NCBI GenBank assembly: GCA_027450105.1
Contig: DAIDKJ010000001.1
Location: 1-41,396 of the forward strand
Direction of reading: 5' to 3'
DNA: 41,396 nt
From: Ferrovum sp.
GTDB taxonomy: Bacteria; Pseudomonadota; Gammaproteobacteria; Burkholderiales; Ferrovaceae
Part shown: in pieces, positions 38,417 through 41,396 of the stretch
Numbering within the stretch: the first letter of the stretch is position 1
Layout: the number at the start of each line of letters is the position of its first letter
The notes under the pieces: model-generated
Seen by the model: only the letters and a program-made list of their open reading frames with translations
The model's database searches: none
What the model was told of the DNA's origin: nothing
Position numbers and translations under genes: made by a program

Positions 38417-39160
38417 TTGAAGCGCTGCGGGATTGTTTTTGTGGCGATTCTGCTGCACACCTCGGTTGTACGAGCGGGCCCCCCTTTTCTCACCGATGAT
38501 CCCGAGCCTGTGGAGTATGGTCATTGGGAAGTGAATACTGCTCTGACCGGGACCCGGTCCCGTTCCGACACTTCGGCCTATCTGCCACAAGTGGATATCA
38601 ATGAGGGCATTCAGCCTGGCGTGCAATTGCACCTGATGCCCCAGATGGGTTATCACGCAACACCAGAGCAACAGGGCTATGCAAGAGGAAATACGGAGCT
38701 TGGAATCAAATACAGGCTGACGCCTGATTCCCATGAGCCGCAGGACTGGATGGTCGCCTTGTACCCCTTGTACGAACTTTCCTCGGGCAATGCATTGCGT
38801 TTTCAGGGGACAGGGGCATCCAGTACCTATTTGCCTCTGTGGGTGCAAACCCAGCGCGGCCGGTGGACCTTTTATGGTGGCGGTGGTTATTGGCTCAACC
38901 CCGGGGCCTCCCGTCAAAATGCGTGGGCTGCCGGATGGGTCACACTGTATCAGTGGACGCCGCACCTGCAATGGGGTGGTGAATGGTTCGTCCAGACGGC
39001 CAGTGTACCCCGCCAAAGGGCTGCCTCCGGGTTTAACCTGGGCGGAAACTATGCGTTTGCGCAGGACTATGCACTGCTGTTTTCGGTGGGACAAGGGTTG
39101 ACCAATGTGTCGGCCACCAACCAGGGTTCCTATTACCTGGGTTTGCAAAGGCTTTATTGA
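38417..39160 (+). CDS. MetA-pathway-type outer-membrane channel (Phenol_MetA_deg-like)
   Basis: TTG start. Signal peptide MKRCGIVFVAILLHTSVVRA/GPP, family N-terminus PFLTDDPEPVEYGHWEV, and alternating beta-strand pattern ending ..LGLQRLY. Confidence 0.72.
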   Translation: MKRCGIVFVAILLHTSVVRAGPPFLTDDPEPVEYGHWEVNTALTGTRSRSDTSAYLPQVDINEGIQPGVQLHLMPQMGYHATPEQQGYARGNTELGIKYRLTPDSHEPQDWMVALYPLYELSSGNALRFQGTGASSTYLPLWVQTQRGRWTFYGGGGYWLNPGASRQNAWAAGWVTLYQWTPHLQWGGEWFVQTASVPRQRAASGFNLGGNYAFAQDYALLFSVGQGLTNVSATNQGSYYLGLQRLY

Positions 39161-39173
39161 ACACTTGTCCGGT

Positions 39174-39560
39174 TCAAACGGGATTACCGTCCTCATCCAG
39201 ATAAAATTCGTTCAAGGCCCGCTCTACCTCAGCCATGTGCGTGAGCACCGGTCCACCTCCCATCATGATGCCCAGGGCGCACACTTCCATGATTTCGTCC
39301 ACCGTCACTCCCGCGGCCTTGCAGGCGCGTATGTGCAACCCGATACAGTAGTGACATTGCTGGGTCAGCGCCATTCCCAAGGCGATCCGTTCTTTTTCCT
39401 TGCGGGTGAGAATGCCCTCTTTCATGGTTTCTGCCATGAAGGCTTGCAGTTTGCCCATGAGGCGGGGCCGGTGCTCCGCCAGCATTTCCATGCCGCGATG
39501 GGCGTGTTCCAGAATTTTGCGTTCGCTATCAGAGCCTTTGGGTTTTTTCGTTCCTTCCAT
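39174..39560 (-). CDS. Carboxymuconolactone decarboxylase (AhpD-like) family protein
   Basis: ATG 39560, 7 nt after AGGA. Motif LTRKEKERIALGMALTQQCHYCIGLH (CxxC). The track's longer start at 39698 runs toward the tRNA and is unlikely. Confidence 0.8.
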   Translation of the reverse strand: MEGTKKPKGSDSERKILEHAHRGMEMLAEHRPRLMGKLQAFMAETMKEGILTRKEKERIALGMALTQQCHYCIGLHIRACKAAGVTVDEIMEVCALGIMMGGGPVLTHMAEVERALNEFYLDEDGNPV

Positions 39561-39715
39561 GGACATTCCTTTGAAGTTTACCGGAGCAAAGATTGAAATC
39601 TCTTTGAATGGGGGTTGGGGACATGGGTCGTCGTGATAAGAAAATTGCCATTGGATGCTGCTCGCTTCTTCGCCCAGATAATGGGTGAGGAAAACCACCG
39701 AGAGTATTGCGAAAA

Positions 39716-39790
39716 TGGCCTGCCCGCCAGGAATCGAACCTGGAACACGACCTTCGGAGGGTCGTATGATATCCGTTTCAACACAGGCAG
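39716..39790 (-). tRNA. tRNA-Arg (anticodon CCG), CCA encoded
   Basis: Hand-folded 75-nt cloverleaf. Acceptor CTGCCTG/CGGGCAG (one G-U), U8, A14, GG and A20 in the D-loop, anticodon stem CGACC/GGTCG, loop CUCCGAA, T-arm CCAGG-TTCGATT-CCTGG, discriminator G plus CCA. The D-stem has a U10:U25 mismatch. Confidence 0.85.
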
Positions 39791-39861
39791 AATCAATCCA
39801 TTCTAGCCTATACAGGGGTTTGCAAGCAATGTTCGGGTCTTATGTGGTAGGGCGAGAACGC

Positions 39862-41043
39862 CTATGCAGCCCCATACTCGGGGTCAGGATCCGGCATTAC
39901 CCGTGAGGGTGCGGTGCGCCCAGGGCCCATTTTTTCGGACAAGGCCTGTTTGAGTTGCAGACCCTCGGGGGAAGGTTCGATGAACAGGCTGGCATCGAGG
40001 TAACTTTGAGCCTTGCCCCATAGGGATTGACGCATGCACAGCTTGGCCAGTGTTAGAAGCAATACAGCATTATCGGGATGATCACGTAGCCAGCGCTCGG
40101 CTTTTTCGATTTGTGACAGGGGAGATTCCCCCTCGCATTCGCCATAAAGCGCCACTAAAGAGGAATCCCATTTCTTTTCCAGGGTGCGCTCCAGAATGGC
40201 CTGGGCCTCCTGATGTAAGCCCAGATGGATCATGTGGCTAGCGGCGCTATGGGCCAGGGCATTGTCCAGACGCACCGAGCTGGGGATGGAGCGCCATACG
40301 CCCATCAATTCGCTATCTTGATGGGCATTCAGTCGCAGCAGTTGCTGCCAGGCAGTGCGTCGATAACGCAGCGCTTGCGCAGGATCCAGGCCGTTCAAAT
40401 GTTCTAATAAATCCACGGTTTCCAGTGCCGGTTTCCAGGCAGAAAGTGCCAGCTGTGCACGCAGCAGCAACTGGTGGGCGCGAACATGTTTCGGGGCCAG
40501 GAGATGGGCTTCGCGCAGCAAGTCCAGTGCTTCGGCATGACGTTTTTCGTCCAGCAACAACTCGGCGCGCGTATTGATATGCATCAACCGGGCTTCCGGG
40601 CCCACATGGTTCAAGCGATCCAGATAGCGATCACGGACCTCAAAGAGACGTTGTTCGTGGGCCGAACGGGCAGCAACTACGGCACAGAGCGCGGGCGATT
40701 CGTTGGCTTCCAGTGCGATTTCGGCTTGGCGCTCTGCTTTGCGAAAATTTCCCTCGAAGTAGGCGGTCAACCCTTGATACAGGGCACTGCGGGCACGATT
40801 GCGAGTACGGCGCAGGCGATAGGCCTGGATGCGGCTGGGAAGATTGACGGTGGTATAGATCAGACGCGAAAAACCATATAAGGCCAGCATGACCAGAACC
40901 AGGCCAATGACGAAAACCGCCAGGGAAACCTCTATGCGCCAGGGGGAAACGACAATGAGAACATAGCCTGTGTTGAACCCTACCGATAAGGCAATGGCAG
41001 TGGCCAGAATGGATAGCGTCAAAAACCAAAGCAGGCTTTTCAT
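39862..41043 (-). CDS. hemY: HemY-like protein (two N-terminal TM segments plus TPR region)
   Basis: MKSLLWFLTLSILATAIALSVGFNTGYVLIVVSPWRIEVSL.. is typical of the HemY N-terminus, followed by TPR-like helices. The start overlaps the hemX stop (TGATG). Confidence 0.85.
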   Translation of the reverse strand: MKSLLWFLTLSILATAIALSVGFNTGYVLIVVSPWRIEVSLAVFVIGLVLVMLALYGFSRLIYTTVNLPSRIQAYRLRRTRNRARSALYQGLTAYFEGNFRKAERQAEIALEANESPALCAVVAARSAHEQRLFEVRDRYLDRLNHVGPEARLMHINTRAELLLDEKRHAEALDLLREAHLLAPKHVRAHQLLLRAQLALSAWKPALETVDLLEHLNGLDPAQALRYRRTAWQQLLRLNAHQDSELMGVWRSIPSSVRLDNALAHSAASHMIHLGLHQEAQAILERTLEKKWDSSLVALYGECEGESPLSQIEKAERWLRDHPDNAVLLLTLAKLCMRQSLWGKAQSYLDASLFIEPSPEGLQLKQALSEKMGPGRTAPSRVMPDPDPEYGAA

Positions 41044-41396
41044 CAGCGATTGGTCTCATGCGGTGCGCGGGCCAATCGGACGGCATTGAGGGTGGCGCTG
41101 GCATCGGGAAGAGAGGAATTGACCGTGATGTTCGTCAATTGAGACAAGGTAGCAAGAGCGTTTTGTACGGATTTATCCGTGCGATCGAAATAGCGGTTCA
41201 GCCAGGCGGTTGCGGCGATCAGATCCGACTTGTAACTGGTTTGATTGCGCGACAGGGCACCCAGACGCGCGGACATGAGGCGTAACTTGAGGTTTTCACG
41301 CAGAAAAAAAGCCTGATCCGGGGTGAGCAGAGGGAGTTCCGGGGTATCCATCCGGCGGATCTGGACCGCCTTGCCCAGTTCCATGGCCAGATCATG
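41043..41396 (-). CDS. hemX: HemX-like protein, C-terminal part (partial, continues past the right window edge)
   Basis: FFLRENLKLRLMSARLGALSRNQTSYKSDLIAATAWLNRYFD matches the HemX C-terminal region. The frame stays open upstream of the listed Met to position 41396. Confidence 0.78.
   Translation of the reverse strand, partial: HDLAMELGKAVQIRRMDTPELPLLTPDQAFFLRENLKLRLMSARLGALSRNQTSYKSDLIAATAWLNRYFDRTDKSVQNALATLSQLTNITVNSSLPDASATLNAVRLARAPHETNR

Noticed and set aside
38339-39196. 285-codon ORF antisense to the MetA-type channel gene
   Set aside because: It has no signal peptide or motif. The plus-strand ORF has a clean signal peptide and the PFLTDDPEP family N-terminus.
39561-39861. tRNA-Arg as an integration site for a genomic island
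   Set aside because: There is no integrase and no visible repeat of the tRNA 3' end elsewhere in the window. The neighbouring genes have backbone-like composition.
1-41396. Scan for CRISPR arrays, IS/transposase ends, tandem repeats, prophage or defence-system genes
   Set aside because: I saw no regularly spaced direct repeats, no transposase, integrase or recombinase ORF, and no nuclease/ATPase/methyltransferase combinations. Every large unexplained ORF is an antisense shadow of a well-supported gene.

Overview
The window reads as ordinary chromosomal backbone with Betaproteobacteria-type synteny, roughly mid-50s % GC by eye, gene-dense, with many start/stop overlaps. I can support 41 protein-coding genes (2 truncated by the window edges), one tRNA-Arg(CCG), one clear intrinsic terminator and a few candidate regulatory sites.

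Gene order:
- topA-smg-dprA (minus strand), divergent from def-fmt-rsmB-DUF4390-ntrY-ntrX
- an LPS core / O-antigen-attachment cluster: a GT9-GT4 fusion, GT2, GT9, GT2, an acyltransferase-3 and an O-antigen-ligase family protein
- a secreted alpha/beta hydrolase and a ferredoxin-FNR reductase
- SDR-aroQ-accB-accC-prmA-gcvH-like-tpx-PfkB kinase-acyltransferase
- apaH and a membrane-anchored cytochrome c5
- an AcpA/PLC-type phosphoesterase lipoprotein, an MFS transporter and a spermidine-synthase-like protein
- DUF202 plus a four-repeat membrane protein
- tonB-exbD-exbB, divergent from a TonB-dependent receptor and a MetA-type outer-membrane channel
- an AhpD-like protein, tRNA-Arg, hemY and hemX

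I found no CRISPR array, transposase, integrase, phage gene, toxin-antitoxin pair or recognisable defence module, and no convincing previously undescribed multi-gene system.

The most unusual items are:
- the single ORF fusing GT9 and GT4 glycosyltransferase domains
- a low-GC patch over the acyltransferase, O-antigen-ligase gene and the hydrolase 3' end
- an NtrX-type response regulator whose AAA+ core has lost its Walker A lysine, Walker B aspartate and GAFTGA region, sitting in a def-to-ntrX chain of overlapping start/stop codons that includes a secreted DUF4390 protein
- an uncharacterised membrane protein built from four tandem repeats

All family assignments come from motif recognition by eye. 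No database search was run.
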